64,000 nt of DNA. Source: Octopus vulgaris. Its lineage: Eukaryota. The number at the start of each line of letters is the position of its first letter. The first letter of the stretch is position 1. The stretch spans positions 38,750,001 through 38,814,000 of the forward strand of contig OX597819.1 of NCBI GenBank assembly GCA_951406725.2, given 5' to 3'. Positions 42,076 to 54,454 of the stretch are shown here, piece after piece. The notes beneath the pieces are model-generated. The model saw only the letters and a program-made list of their open reading frames with translations, was not told the origin of the DNA and searched no databases. The position numbers and the translations under genes were made by a program.

Positions 42076-42280
42076 TTTCTTTACTTGTTTCATTGGATTA
42101 TGGCCATGCTGGGGCACTGCCTTGAAGGGTTTTAGTTGAACGAATTAATCCCACTACTTTTTTTTCTTTTGTAAACCTGGTACTTATTCTATTGGTCCCT
42201 TTTATTGAATTGCTATGTTATGGAATAGTAAACACGCCAGTACTGGTTGTCAAGCAGTGGTGGGGAGGACAAACACACAC

Positions 42281-42319
<39 letters not shown>

Positions 42320-42470
42320 CTGACAGGCTCATTTCAGTTTTTGTGTATCAAATTCACTCAGAAGGCTTTGGTTTGCCTGGTGCTATAATAGAAGACACCT
42401 ACCCAATGTACCATACAGTGGGACTGAACTCAAAACCATTGGTTGTGAAACAAACTTCTTACCACACAGT
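42076..42470 (-). mobile_element. SINE family C
   Basis: Family C core and tail. Confidence 0.75.
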
Positions 42471-43579
42471 CATTATATCAATTAATGAATGGCAAAAAGA
42501 AAAAAAGAATTACATAATCACTTTTATTACTTTACACCTGTTTCTGTTATATGAAACTTGCACGCAAAGCTACTTGCTTCTACAACATCTTATAGCTTCC
42601 TTGGAGCCATTTAAAAAAAAAAATGTACAAATATTATGGGAAGCATTTAAATACCTAGATTTGATTACCAATGTAACCCTGTATAATATAGTTTGATAGC
42701 TCAGTCAGAGTTGATTTAATTGTGAGTGTCTATAAGTGATTATTGATGTATATTTGTAGTTATATCTGTATGCGTATGTGTAGATATATGTGTTTATTAT
42801 ATCAGTGTCTGAATATATATGTATACATACATATTTGTTTATGTATGTGTATGTATATAAACGCACACACACTTGTGTGTATGTATGTATGCATATGTAT
42901 AGTCTTTTACTCTTATCTTTCAGTGGTTTCCATCGTTAGACAGTAACCATGGTGGTTGTGTACTACCTTTAAGAGTTTTAGTTAATCATATCGACAACAG
43001 TAGTTAATCTGGTTTAAGTGTTTATTTTATTGATTTCTTTTTACTGAAAAGCTAAGTTAACATTTTTGATAAACGGACAAACTCAACGTCAATTTACACC
43101 ACTAAACAAAATCTCAAACAAGAACACAGACACACGTACATTATAACTTAAGCAGCCTAACAGGCAGTGACGGTAGGTGCTCTGAAAGCATAGGAAGCAG
43201 AATAAGGACAGTGTGGGGAAAGTTTTCTGCAGGTACCAAGGGGATTCTGTCCCCAAGTGAAGATTAGGTTGTATGCTACTTATCAGAAGTGCCATGCTGC
43301 ATGGTATCAAGACATGGGCATGGAATTGCGAGGACGTTACATATCTGTGCTCTGTTGAATGTGTAAGATTTGTGGCTCTGAACAAATGATATCCATCTGT
43401 TATCATTCATATGCATCACAAGTCCATATCAGGACTTCATGGTGGGTATCATGCTCACTACTTATATTCTTTGCTCGATGTTTTAGGCACTGAGCAATCC
43501 CTCTCTTTACACTGTATGGCTGGTGGAAACTGAAGTTGAGGTATCATCTAGTGACGGTCAACTTGCGGTATACACATGT

Positions 43580-43811
43580 AAGGCGGCGAGCTGGCAGAAA
43601 CGTTAGCACGCCGGGCGAAATGCTTAGCGGTATTTCGTCTGGGTTACGTTCTGAGTTCAAATTCTGCCGAGGTCGACTTTGCCTTTCATCCTTTCGGGGT
43701 TGATAAATTAAGTACCAGTTACGCACTGGGGTTGATGTAATCTACTTAATACCTATGTCTGTCCTTGTTTGTCCCCTCTGTGTTTAGCCCCTTGTGGGTA
43801 ATAAAGAAATA
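43580..43811 (+). mobile_element. Young SINE family A copy with 13-bp TSD
   Basis: TSD GGTATACACATGT at 43567-43579 and 43812-43824; interrupts the Penelope RT remnant. Confidence 0.9.
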
Positions 43812-44583
43812 GGTATACACATGTCCTGATTCCATACTTGGTGCGTGTTATTAATATGTCCAGGAATGCTAGCTGATTGTCTTTTTCCTTTTCCATTGTG
43901 AACTGTATGGATAGCTCTATTGAGTTCACATGATCTAACAGCACTCGGACATCTTCCTGGTGAGGCTAGAATATAAAGCGATTGTGATGTCCACCACAAA
44001 GAAATCATCAAGCTCAGTAACAATCTATTAAGCAACAACTACCCCCAAAACATACTAGCCACTCCAATTATGAAGAAAAGGGAGAAAGGGAGGATGAAAC
44101 AAATAAACTGTCCACAGTCTATCTACCCTGTGTGAAAGGCCTCTCCAAAAAGATACAAAAGATATGCGGACCATATGACATCAGGATGGTATTGAAGAGT
44201 AATACAGCACTTCGCAAATGTCTCCTTTGAGTAAAACCACCAATAGAAGAGAATATGGCCAAAAATTATGCGTACTCCATAGGTTATACAAAGGCAAAAC
44301 ATGCTGCCCCCTCAAAATAAGGGTAGAGGAACATCACAAAGCTGTGACACAAGGAGATATTGATAAATCGGGTATAGCTGATCTTGTATGATGAAGTTAA
44401 AATAATAAACAGAGAACGCCACTGGAAAATACGAAAACTAAAAGAAGTAGCACATATGCTAGGACACAACAACCCCCTAAGCAGACCGAGTGCAGATATG
44501 AATAGCATGTAGGAACTGGTATTAAGGAAGAATAGGAGAATATTAGATTTATAAGTCCTAAAATTCACTCCATAATTGCCCAT

Positions 44584-44656
44584 GGGCATATGGCATAGTG
44601 GTTAAGAGTGCGGGCTACTAACCCCAAGATTCTGAATTCGATACCAGGCAGTGACC
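44584..44656 (+). other. tRNA-like Pol III promoter module
   Basis: A-box TGGCATAGTGG, anticodon-like arm GGG-CTACTAA-CCC, B-box GAATTCGATACC; the acceptor stem does not pair, so it is not a functional tRNA. Confidence 0.55.
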
Positions 44657-44787
44657 TGAATGATAATAATGATGATGACGATGACGACAACAACAACAGC
44701 AACAACAACAACAGCAACAATAACAGCAACAGCAGCAAAAACAACAACTACCTTAGAAATGAGAACTCAGGTTTTAAATTTTCCCAA

Positions 44788-44833
44788 GACACCTGATGAA
44801 GGCTGGAGGGTATATCAGCCGAAACGTTGTGTT
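44788..44833 (+). ncRNA. Minimal Penelope-type hammerhead ribozyme
   Basis: Stem I GACAC/GTGTT; CTGATGA-A; stem II GGCTGG/TCAGCC; GAAA; palindromic ACGT stem III; GUU site. Confidence 0.65.
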
Positions 44834-44916
44834 AACAACAAACAAGATGAGGACAAATATCCGTCAAATGTAAATAATGTAATAAGAGAGGGTTGAAAAT
44901 ATGCTAAATTTTTATA

Positions 44917-44972
44917 GGTGCCCCAGCATGGCCGCGGCCTTTGGGCTAAAACATTTTTAAGGATTTAAGGAT
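44917..44972 (+). mobile_element. 56-bp 3' terminal copy of the CR1/L2-group LINE at 25.5-27.4 kb
   Basis: GGTGCCCCAGCATGGCCGCGGCCTTTGGGCTAAAACATTTTTAAGGATTTAAGGAT matches ~27318-27374. Confidence 0.8.
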
Positions 44973-44973
44973 A

Positions 44974-45341
44974 CTAGCACTATGACCCGGCAACGCCTGG
45001 TCATAGTGCAAGTGCATGCATATACAGTTGTGTGTGTGTGCACATACACGCGAGTACTGTCCAAATCTCCAACCAATCACATACAGCTAGCTGGCATTCA
45101 ATTTTCGTATCAAGTTTCGGGCATTTTGATTGGGTTTTGGATAGAAAATTCACAAAAAAGTCACTTCTATTGATTTTTTAATGGCTTTACGGGGTGACTG
45201 GGGAAATGTATAGAGGTGCACGCCCACTCTTGAACGGTTTTGAATGACCATAGAAAGTGCGAGCCCTCTAATTGAAAAATTGTGGATTTGTATAAAGGAC
45301 ACACATGCAGACAGACATTTTACCGATTATATGTATAGAGA
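44974..45341 (-). mobile_element. Non-autonomous Helitron H1 copy 3
   Basis: Reverse-complement copy with TC and CTAG termini and a long terminal palindrome. Confidence 0.85.
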
Positions 45342-45916
45342 TATATTTGTTTGAATACAATAAGTTATACACTTTTAGCATAGGAGGAGATATATCTATT
45401 ATATATGTATAAAAGTAAAAATACAAAGATATGTGTTCACATAACAAATGTTTCCATATAAAAGTTTTACCGCAAAAATGTTAGAGCAAGTTTTTACAGG
45501 ATAAGTTTCACGCACATACACACCAACACAAACAAAAGAGAGAGAATTGCATATTACTGAAAAGTTTTTGCACAGGCAAAAGTCTATGTACAAAAAAAGT
45601 TTTCATATAAAAGAGACTTAGTGTAAAAAAATGTTTCGCTGAATAAATTTTTGTGTATGTTGTAGGCAAAATAGGTTTTGCAAATGAAAAAATCACATTC
45701 TACTGACCAACTTTCACTGTCATTCAGCTTGTTAAAGTTTAAAGCAGTTTTTTTCAATGCACTTTCAGATCATGTATATATATATTTATTCTGACATTCA
45801 TACAAACAGATGCACACATAAGTAAACACAAATACACAACTACATGTAAGCATACAAATGGACTTTGAATGATTAAAAATACACACAAGTATTTTATAGT
45901 TTGGAAATTCACATAA

Positions 45917-46305
45917 AGAGTGGCTGTGTGGTAAGTAGCTTGCTTACCAACCACATGGTTCCGGGTTCAGTCCCACTGCATGGCACCTTGGGCAAGTGTC
46001 TTCTATAGCCTTGGGCTGACCAAAGCTTTGTGAGTGGATTTGGTAGACAGAAACTGAAAGAAGCCTGTCATATATATGTATATATATGTATGTGTGTGTA
46101 TATGTTTGTGTGTATGTGTTTGTACCCCAACATCGCTTGACAACCGAGGCTGGTGTGTTTACATCCCTGTAACTTAGCGGTTTGGCAAACAAGACCGATA
46201 GAATAAGTACTAGGCTTACAAAGAATAAGTCCTGGGGTTGATTTGCTCGACTAAAGGTGGTGCTCCAGCATGGCCACAGTCAAATGACGGAAACAGGTAA
46301 AAGAG
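45917..46305 (+). mobile_element. SINE family C, near full length
   Basis: tRNA-like head, CORE-like segment, microsatellite spacer, tail GGTGCTCCAGCATGGCCACAGTCAAATGACGGAAAC. Confidence 0.9.
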
Positions 46306-46581
46306 TATAAGCATAAAGACACAAAACATATACATATAAGAAAAACAAAAAGTATATGTTGCATAGTAGGTATGCATATAAGGCTGTATGTCTTACATAG
46401 GAACACCAAGCAAACATTTAATAGTAACTATTATTTTATCGCGCATGTAATATTGAAGTTGGTCATGAATTCTAAGGTTCTATGAAAGGTCAACATAATT
46501 GAAGAAATAATTCAGTAGTGTTCATATAAAGTTGATTACAAAAAGTCTATACTGAGGTTTATTAAGACAGCAGATAATATA

Positions 46582-46803
46582 TAGGGGTGGGGGCTGAAAA
46601 GTTCCTGGCTTTGGGTAAAAGAAAATACAGGAGGATCAGTTAATTATGATTTTATCCAACATATTCCCCTCTCAGATTCACAGACTTATTGCAGTGACCC
46701 TTCCATTTCTCTAAGCCCTATAAAAGAACTTGGAAGACTGGGCCTCCAATCAGGCCTTTTGTGATACCCTTAAAACCAAGAACTTTCCAGCACCCTTTCC
46801 TAT
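46582..46803. mobile_element. Mariner-like MITE remnant
   Basis: Imperfect TIRs GGGGCTGAAAAGTTCCTGGCTTT / AAAACCAAGAACTTTCCAGCACCC with TA flanks. Confidence 0.55.
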
Positions 46804-46996
46804 ATGCATATATATATATGATGGGCTTCTTTCAGTTTCCATCTACCTAATCCACTAACAAAGCATTGGGCGGCCTGAGGCTATAGTAGAAAACACTTGC
46901 CCAAGGTGCGAACCAGCAGGACTGAACCTGGAACCATGTGGTTGGGAAGCAAGCTTCTTACCACACAGCCACTATATACATACAAACATATGCATA

Positions 46997-47043
<47 letters not shown>

Positions 47044-47306
47044 TCACCATCATCATCACACACATATATACATATATAGGTACATACATACATATGCATA
47101 TGTACATATATATATATATATGTGTGTGTGTGTGATTTATATATGCATTGCTAAGTTGATGAGCATGGTACACACCAAGGAAGGCATCCCATGCATACCA
47201 GCATGGAAAAGTGAGCATAAAATTATGAGGATTTTCATATATGTGTTTGTGTGTGTGTGTGTGCATGTACATGTGTGTATGCATATGTGCATATGTGTAC
47301 ATGTGA

Positions 47307-47339
<33 letters not shown>

Positions 47340-47862
47340 TGTGTGTGTTTGTCTGTATGCAAAAGATTATTTTTGTATCAGTACACTTTGGAAAGCACTC
47401 AGATTTCTTGAAGTCTGTTACTATTGCAGGCATTAATTTGTCTTTAAACAAAACAGTTTAAAGCCTCTCATTTCTTCATCCCCATATACTTCAACAGTGA
47501 TATGCAATTAGTACCATGCGGTTTGTGAGTATCGAATGCCTCTTCAAATAAATTGTCTTCTTTCCCTAGACAACCACCACCACCACCAACATTACTACTA
47601 CCATTAATATCTTCACAACAGCCATGACTGCCACCACAATTACAAATTATCTATTACCTTGCTCTAATCACCAATCATTATTACTATTGTTGCCATTGTT
47701 GGCATCATCATCTTCATCATCATCATCGCCTGTTTACGAATAACTGATCACAACTCATCGGCTGAGTATATGATTTCCAAAATTACCCTATTATCCTACA
47801 TGTGTGTGTGTGTGTGTTTGTGTATGTATATATGTGTGTGTGTATACATATATATATATATA

Positions 47863-48071
47863 GGTGTGGGCATGGCTATAGGTGCATGCATAGCTGTGTG
47901 GTTAAGATGCTCACTTCTCAATGCTATCATTTCAGGTTCAGCCCTATGTTATGGAACCTTGGGCAAGTGCCTCCTACAACTACCCTGGGCTGACCACTGC
48001 CTCGTGAATGTATTTGGTAGACAAAAACTGAAAGAAGCTCATTGTGTGTGTATATGCATGTGTGTATGTGT

Positions 48072-48123
<52 letters not shown>

Positions 48124-48329
48124 GTGTGCATATACTTGTGTGCCTGTGTTTATGCTTGTCTTCCATCACCAAATAGCAGTTCAGCAAAAGAGACCATTAC
48201 AATAAACACCAGGCTCAAAAAGAAAAGGGAAAATAATACATACTGGTATCAATTTGTTCAGTTGAACCCATCAAGGTGGTGCCGTAGCATGGCCACAGTC
48301 AAATGACTATAACAAGTAAAAGCTAAAAG
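47863..48329 (+). mobile_element. SINE family C
   Basis: Family C head, core and tail. Confidence 0.75.
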
Positions 48330-48396
48330 ATATATATATATATATATATATGTGCATATACATATATGTGCATATATATATATGTGTACATATATA

Positions 48397-48440
<44 letters not shown>

Positions 48441-48441
<1 letters not shown>

Positions 48442-50432
48442 GTTTAAATATTTGTTGTGCAAGATTTTTTATGTGAAGTCATGTGTTGAAACAGATATTG
48501 TTATATTTCGGAATGGTCATATTGCCAGTTTAGCCAATAAAAACACACGCACTATATATTTGGTGTTATTTTGCTTCAGTGATATTTATTTTTTACATTA
48601 ATCTTAATCTTATTTCGGCCAAAGTTCTTTCGTCACACTCCTGTGACCGCATCAGTGGTCCTTTGTTTTCTTCTCACTTACTTGTGTCTCTCCTTACTAA
48701 CCGTCAGCCATTTTGTATTTCTATTGTATGTCTTCATTTGCACATGCTTATATCTCTATGTGCGTCTATGTTTATTTAGTGTGTGTGTGGGGGGGATGCC
48801 TGTAATATTTGTATCTTCTGGTTATATACATTCTTGTAATTTGTATTTTGTTTTTGTTGTTGTTGCTTTTGTTCTAATTTTATTCATGTGTTTACATCCA
48901 CCCATTATTATCATTACATATTATTGTATGTATGTATAACAACAATATTAGTAATAATAATAATAAATCTAATCGAGAAAAAAAAAAAAAAGAATATACA
49001 TATACATATATATATATATACATACATATACATATACATATATATATATATATATATACACATATATACACACATATATACACATATACATATACATATA
49101 TATACACATATACATATATATAGATATTCATTTCTATTTCTTTAATTACCTGTGTATTTATTATGTTTGCAGGATCCACTATTGTCATATGTTGTGGTGT
49201 GCGCTATTGCTCCATTCTAGTTTTCTATTCAGGCTAGGTTTATTTTCTATTATATGTGTAGCTTCTGTAATTTGTCTAATTGTTGCATCTGTTCTATGTG
49301 TGGACAATATCTTAATCTCTATGTTATTGATTGATCCCCCGTGTTCTTGTTCGGCGTGTTGGTACAGAATCGATGAGCTTTTACCTTCCTTGAGTTGTCT
49401 CCAATGTTCATTCACCCGCTCACCAATGCTTCTTGCAGTTTCCCCTACGTATGTTACTGTCTTGTTACTGCATCGTCCCTCTATACATCTTATACTATAG
49501 ACCACATTTCTGGCTCTACAGTTCGTTTGTGGGCTAAATCTACATACAGTGCAATAGTTATCCGTACAGAGAGTTCTACTAAAAGGATAGGTTCTACCAA
49601 TTATAGATCTGATAGGGTTGCCTGGCTTTTCAACAACCTTAATTCTTAGTTTAAGTTTATCTAGGGTCCTTCTATATAATAGAAAATAAACCTAGCCTGA
49701 ATAGAAAACTAGAATGGAGCAATAGCGCACACCACAACATATGACAATAGTGGATCCTGCAAACATAATAAATACACAGGTAATTAAAGAAATAGAAATG
49801 AATATCTATATATATGTATATGTGTATATATATGTATATGTATATGTGTATATATGTGTGTATATATGTATATATATATATATATATGTATATGTATATG
49901 TATGTATATATATATATATGTATATGTATATTCTTTTTTTTTTTTTTTTTTTTTTCTCGATTAGATTTATTATTATTATTACTAATATTGTTGTTATACA
50001 TACATACAAGCATATGTAATGATAATAATGGGTGGATGTAAACACATGAATAAAATTAGAACAAAAGCAACAACAACAAAAACAAAATACAAATTACAAG
50101 AATGTATATAACCAGAAGATACAAATATTACAGGCATCCCCCCCCCACACACACACTAAATAAACATAGACGCACATAGAGATATAAGCATGCGCAAATG
50201 AAGACATACAATAGAAATACAAAATGGCTGACGGTTAGTAAGGAGAGACACAAGTAAGTGAGAAGAAAACAAAGGACCACTGATGCGGTCACAGGAGTGT
50301 GACGAAAGAACTTTGGCCGAAATAAGATTAAGATTAATGTAAAAAATAAATATCACTGAAGCAAAATAACACCAAATATATAGTGCGTGTGTTTTTATTG
50401 GCTAAACTGGCAATATGACCATTCCGAAATAT

Positions 50433-50440
<8 letters not shown>
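48441..50440 (-). mobile_element. Penelope-like element: GIY-YIG fragment between near-identical inverted pLTRs, inserted in (TA)n
   Basis: Arms 48495-49255 and 49674-50440 are reverse complements; the GIY-YIG ORF lies between them. Confidence 0.9.
49185..49670 (-). CDS. GIY-YIG endonuclease C-terminal fragment with Cys-rich linker (5'-truncated, frame open)
   Basis: [53 protein letters not shown]. Confidence 0.85.
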   Translation of the reverse strand, partial: RTLDKLKLRIKVVEKPGNPIRSIIGRTYPFSRTLCTDNYCTVCRFSPQTNCRARNVVYSIRCIEGRCSNKTVTYVGETARSIGERVNEHWRQLKEGKSSSILYQHAEQEHGGSINNIEIKILSTHRTDATIRQITEATHIIENKPSLNRKLEWSNSAHHNI

Positions 50441-50481
<41 letters not shown>

Positions 50482-50489
50482 CATACATA

Positions 50490-50862
50490 TCCCACTGCAT
50501 GGAACCTTGGACAAGTGTCTTCTACTGTAGCCTCAGGCTGACCAAAGTCTTGTGAGTGGATTTGGTAGACAGAAACTGAAAGAAGCCTGTCGTACGTGCG
50601 TTATGTATGTATGTATGTATGTATCTATGTGTGTATGTATGTATGTATGTGTGTGTTTGCTATTTGTGTCTGCATTTGTCCCCCCCACTATTGCTTGGCA
50701 ACCAAAGTTGGTGTGTTTACATCCCCGTCACCTAGCAGCTCAGCAGAAGAGACCAATAGAATAAGTACTAGGCTTACAAAGAATAAGTCCTGGGGTCGAT
50801 TTGTTCGATTAAAGGTAGTGCCCCAGCATGGCAATGGTAAAATAACTGAAACAAGTAAAAGA
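50490..50862 (+). mobile_element. SINE family C, 5'-truncated
   Basis: Family C core and tail. Confidence 0.8.
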
Positions 50863-50959
50863 ATATATATAATAAATGCAAAAATGTATTGTAAATACAG
50901 GGTAAAAATGTATAATGTATACTGAGTGTACGGCACCCTACTAGCACGGGCACAAGTGC

Positions 50960-51418
50960 CAGTAAGATGACGCTACCTGGTAGACATGTGGAAGTGGCAG
51001 ACCCAGGTACAAGTGGGATGAAGTGGTGAGAAAGGATATACAAATGTTGGGACTCATGGAGGGGATGACAAGGGACCAAAACTCCTGGTGGTTTGCTGTG
51101 CATGAAAAGACATGGCAAGCTAAGTAAGAGTATGGACATCCTTGCATATAGGCTCGTCCCTTGTAACCCTCTCCAAATGAGCACTCTTAATCTTGAGGGC
51201 TCATAAGTACTGGTGCCACATAAAAGGCACCCATACTGGTCTTGCATAAAGGCACCCAGTACACTCTGTAAAGTGGTTGATGTTAGGAACGGTGTCCAGT
51301 TGTAGAAACCACGGAAAACAGACATGGAGCCTAAACAGCCCTTCAGCAGCTCAGCTTCTGTCAAACTGTCCAACCCATGCCAGTATGGAAACTGGATGTA
51401 TGATGATGATGATGATGA
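50960..51418 (+). mobile_element. RTE 3' fragment continuing into the family B 3'UTR
   Basis: GRPRYKWDEVVRKDIQMLGL remnant, family B end, (GAT)n tail. Confidence 0.75.
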
Positions 51419-51722
51419 TATATGTATGTATATATATATATACACACACACATGCCCTGCTGTTTATTTTCAGACAGACAGACAGAAAGAAAGAGAGAAA
51501 GACAAAGAAAGAGAAAGAGAGAGAAAGAGAAGGAAAGAGATGGTGAGTTTCCATACAATTTCCTTCCACCAATTCCACTCACAAGGTTTGGTCAGCCTGA
51601 GTCTACAGAATATGTCACCCATCCAAGATGCTATACACTTGGACTGAACTTAAAATCATACCTGTACCTATGTCTAAACACAGGTGATAACACCTTGGTG
51701 GAGTGGTTAGCAGGGTATAAAG

Positions 51723-51897
51723 CAGGTATGGGCAACTTTTATGAGAAGAGTGCCACATGAGATATGGTTTATTGTCATCAGGCTGCCCTGCTAAAAAACC
51801 CCAAAAAAACACCGAAAGTAATTCTTCATTAGGCATATCATTCAGAATGTCCTATGGGTTGCATGTGGGCCCGTGGGCCACAGTTTGCCCATGACTG
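51723..51897. mobile_element. hAT-type MITE
   Basis: TIRs CAGGTATGGGCAA / TTGCCCATGACTG; 8-bp TSD GTATAAAG / GTATGAAG. Confidence 0.7.
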
Positions 51898-51960
51898 GTA
51901 TGAAGTTTCCAAAACCTTTTGATTTCTGTAAGCGGTCATAACTTTTTTTCATTTCTTCTC

Positions 51961-51992
<32 letters not shown>

Positions 51993-51994
51993 CT

Positions 51995-52330
51995 GAGATC
52001 CCCTTCAGTCATGACACAGACCATGTGATTGCACCAAAGAAGTTACCCTCCCAGGCACAAGTACGGGCAAGGTTCTTTATGGAATACCAGCAGTCACCCA
52101 TGCATACCGGCCTCCCCTCTCCACGCCACCAGTGTTATCCAAGGGAAAGGCAACGGTCGATACAGCTTGGTACCTGTGACGTCACAACTCATTTCTACAG
52201 CTGAGTGAACTGGAGCAACGTGAAATAAAGTGTCTTGCTCAAGAACACAACACGCAGCCCGGTCCGGGATTCGAACTCACAACCTCACGATCGTAAGCTC
52301 GATGCTCTAACCTCTGAGCCATGCACCTTC
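51995..52330 (-). mobile_element. SINE family D copy 2
   Basis: High identity to 22712-23032. Confidence 0.85.
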
Positions 52331-52555
52331 ACACACACACACACATATATATATATATACATATGTATGTATGTATGTATGTATATATATATATATATGT
52401 ATGTATGTGTGTGTGTGAACATATAAATACATGCACAGAGAGATAGGTAGATATCTTGAATCTGGTTTGTGCATATTTATATTTCAGTAACTATTCTACC
52501 AAATCTATATCATTGTTTAAACTAGCATGCCAATGTGTAAACAGTTAAGAAATTA

Positions 52556-52627
<72 letters not shown>

Positions 52628-53197
52628 ATGCAAGTTGTTTTTCTCTTTTTAATTATTCAAATTATGGTCATAAAGAAGGAGCTGGTAGCTAATAAAGATA
52701 GACAGCTTCATCACTAGAATTTAAGAATGCAATAATGAGGAGCTCATAGGTGTAATAACAGGAATTAGTCACATGTTTTCTTTTATTTCCTGAATACCAA
52801 CAAAAGCAGATCTTGGTGGAACTTGTAGGTAAATAATGTCATAATAATCCCAAAGCATGTGGTTTGAGAATACAGGCTGAAATAGAACAGAATTTAGAGA
52901 CAGAACATTACAGATCTTAATTTACTACATTAATCTAGGCAAGTTTACATAAATTTGTGAAAAATGTTCATCAGTAATTATATAGTTAACTTGTCATAGA
53001 AATATCTTATGAAACAATGTATGTTTCTGTCTCAATGGGAAAATTTGCTGTAAAGTCAAATATGTGCAAACTAGATAAAAAGAGAAAAAATAAGTTAAAC
53101 ATATATGTATTTGGAGTGGTAGAAACTATTTTATTGAGGTTAGACTAAGGCTAGTGTTTAGTTCAAAGAGAGGGACATAAAAAAAAATACAGCTTAC

Positions 53198-53206
53198 CCA
53201 TCCTCA
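53198..53206 (-). other. Candidate 9-nt microexon
   Basis: TTTCTGCTTCAAATTTCTCTCAG|TGAGGATGG|GTAAGC. Confidence 0.3.
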
Positions 53207-53817
53207 CTGAGAGAAATTTGAAGCAGAAATTTGAAGCAGAAATGAGTCTAGTAAGAACAACTGGTCAACTAGTCTGGTGTCAAGTGTATGACACAAGAAA
53301 ATGTCAGTGAGTCAGAGCAAATTTTCCCCCCGTAGTCAAAAATATATGACTCCAAAGACTACTAGTTTCTGATTGGCTAAAATGACTGACTGGCCAAAAT
53401 TTCTGAATGCATAATTTCTGAATAAGATAATTACACATGCTAAACTTTTGGAAAGTTTTGAATACTTTTACTTTCCCATTTACAAAATAGGGCAATATAT
53501 TAGATATTTTTTTTTCTCTTTGCCTGGAAATCTTAAGCTTAAAAGTTACTGCTTAATCTTAAAAGACCTGCACTGTAAGTAACCACAACTTTTGCTGAGA
53601 CCTGAACTGCACATAACTGAAGTTTAAGCAGTGTTGTTGTTTGGGGCTCAGGAACTAAGCACTCTGCTGTGAAAGAAACAAAATTTAGCCTCTTATTCGA
53701 AATACTTCTTGTTTACAACATATACATTTAGTTTTTGCAGTTTATTAAATAAATTTCTTTGGCCTTCCTTTTTGTTCCTTTAATTTTCAAGCATCATAGC
53801 AGTGAATTAGAATTTGG

Positions 53818-54247
53818 GGATCTTTTCGGTTTGAACGGCAGTTTTTAACATAATTTCTAGGCAACTAAAAAATTTTAAACTTCGTATACTGGTAATATGT
53901 GTTTATAAAGCATCTTTTTCTCTTGGCTTTATTGAGAAATTTCTATAGTTTGTAAGATATTTGTTGTTTTTTTCCTTCAATTTCTGCAATTTCAACCAAT
54001 CAGTGATGTCTATTGAGGTAAAAAAAACATTCTGTGCCATATATGTCCCTCGTTTAAGAAACAGATTGGGTTTATTTACATTTGTGAAGAAAAAAAGATA
54101 CCTTTCCCCCACCCCTAACCCTAACATTAACTAACCCTAACCCTAAAACAGATTGAAATGCAATAGATCGATACTAGGGTCATAATTATGGGTGACAATT
54201 TCATATGACACCGCTAGAAAAAACTGCCGTTCAAACTGAAAAGATCC
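53818..54247. mobile_element. MITE, second copy of 7951-8379 in opposite orientation
   Basis: Same TIRs; TSD GAATTTGG / AAATTTGG; internal (CCCTAA)n. Confidence 0.9.
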
Positions 54248-54454
54248 AAATTTGGTGATATTTTTTAATTATATATTTATTTGTAACTGATTAATGATTT
54301 AATTAGAAAGAATTTGTACTTGCAGAAAATAATTGGAGTAATATTTCAGTGCCATCTGTATACATCAGAATAGAATTTATATAGGGATTTATTGATCCTG
54401 AGCAGATGTGATGACATAGCTCATCACTGCATTGATGCTTTCCTTGGTGAAGCA

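Larger units (their letters stand above)
43465..44882 (+). mobile_element. Penelope-like element with inverted 5' part, GIY-YIG remnant and pLTR
   Basis: Minus-strand RT remnant LDHVNSI..IQFTMEKE..LAFLDILI..VYRK..YLNF (43465-43950); plus-strand continuation with GIY-YIG remnant YKGKT..RVEEH..KSGIA..RKLKE (43960-44560). Confidence 0.8.

Noticed and set aside
53330-53400. Promoter-like CCAAT (CTGATTGGCT) and GACTAC motifs
   Set aside because: Short motifs expected by chance, with no TSS or CpG-island evidence
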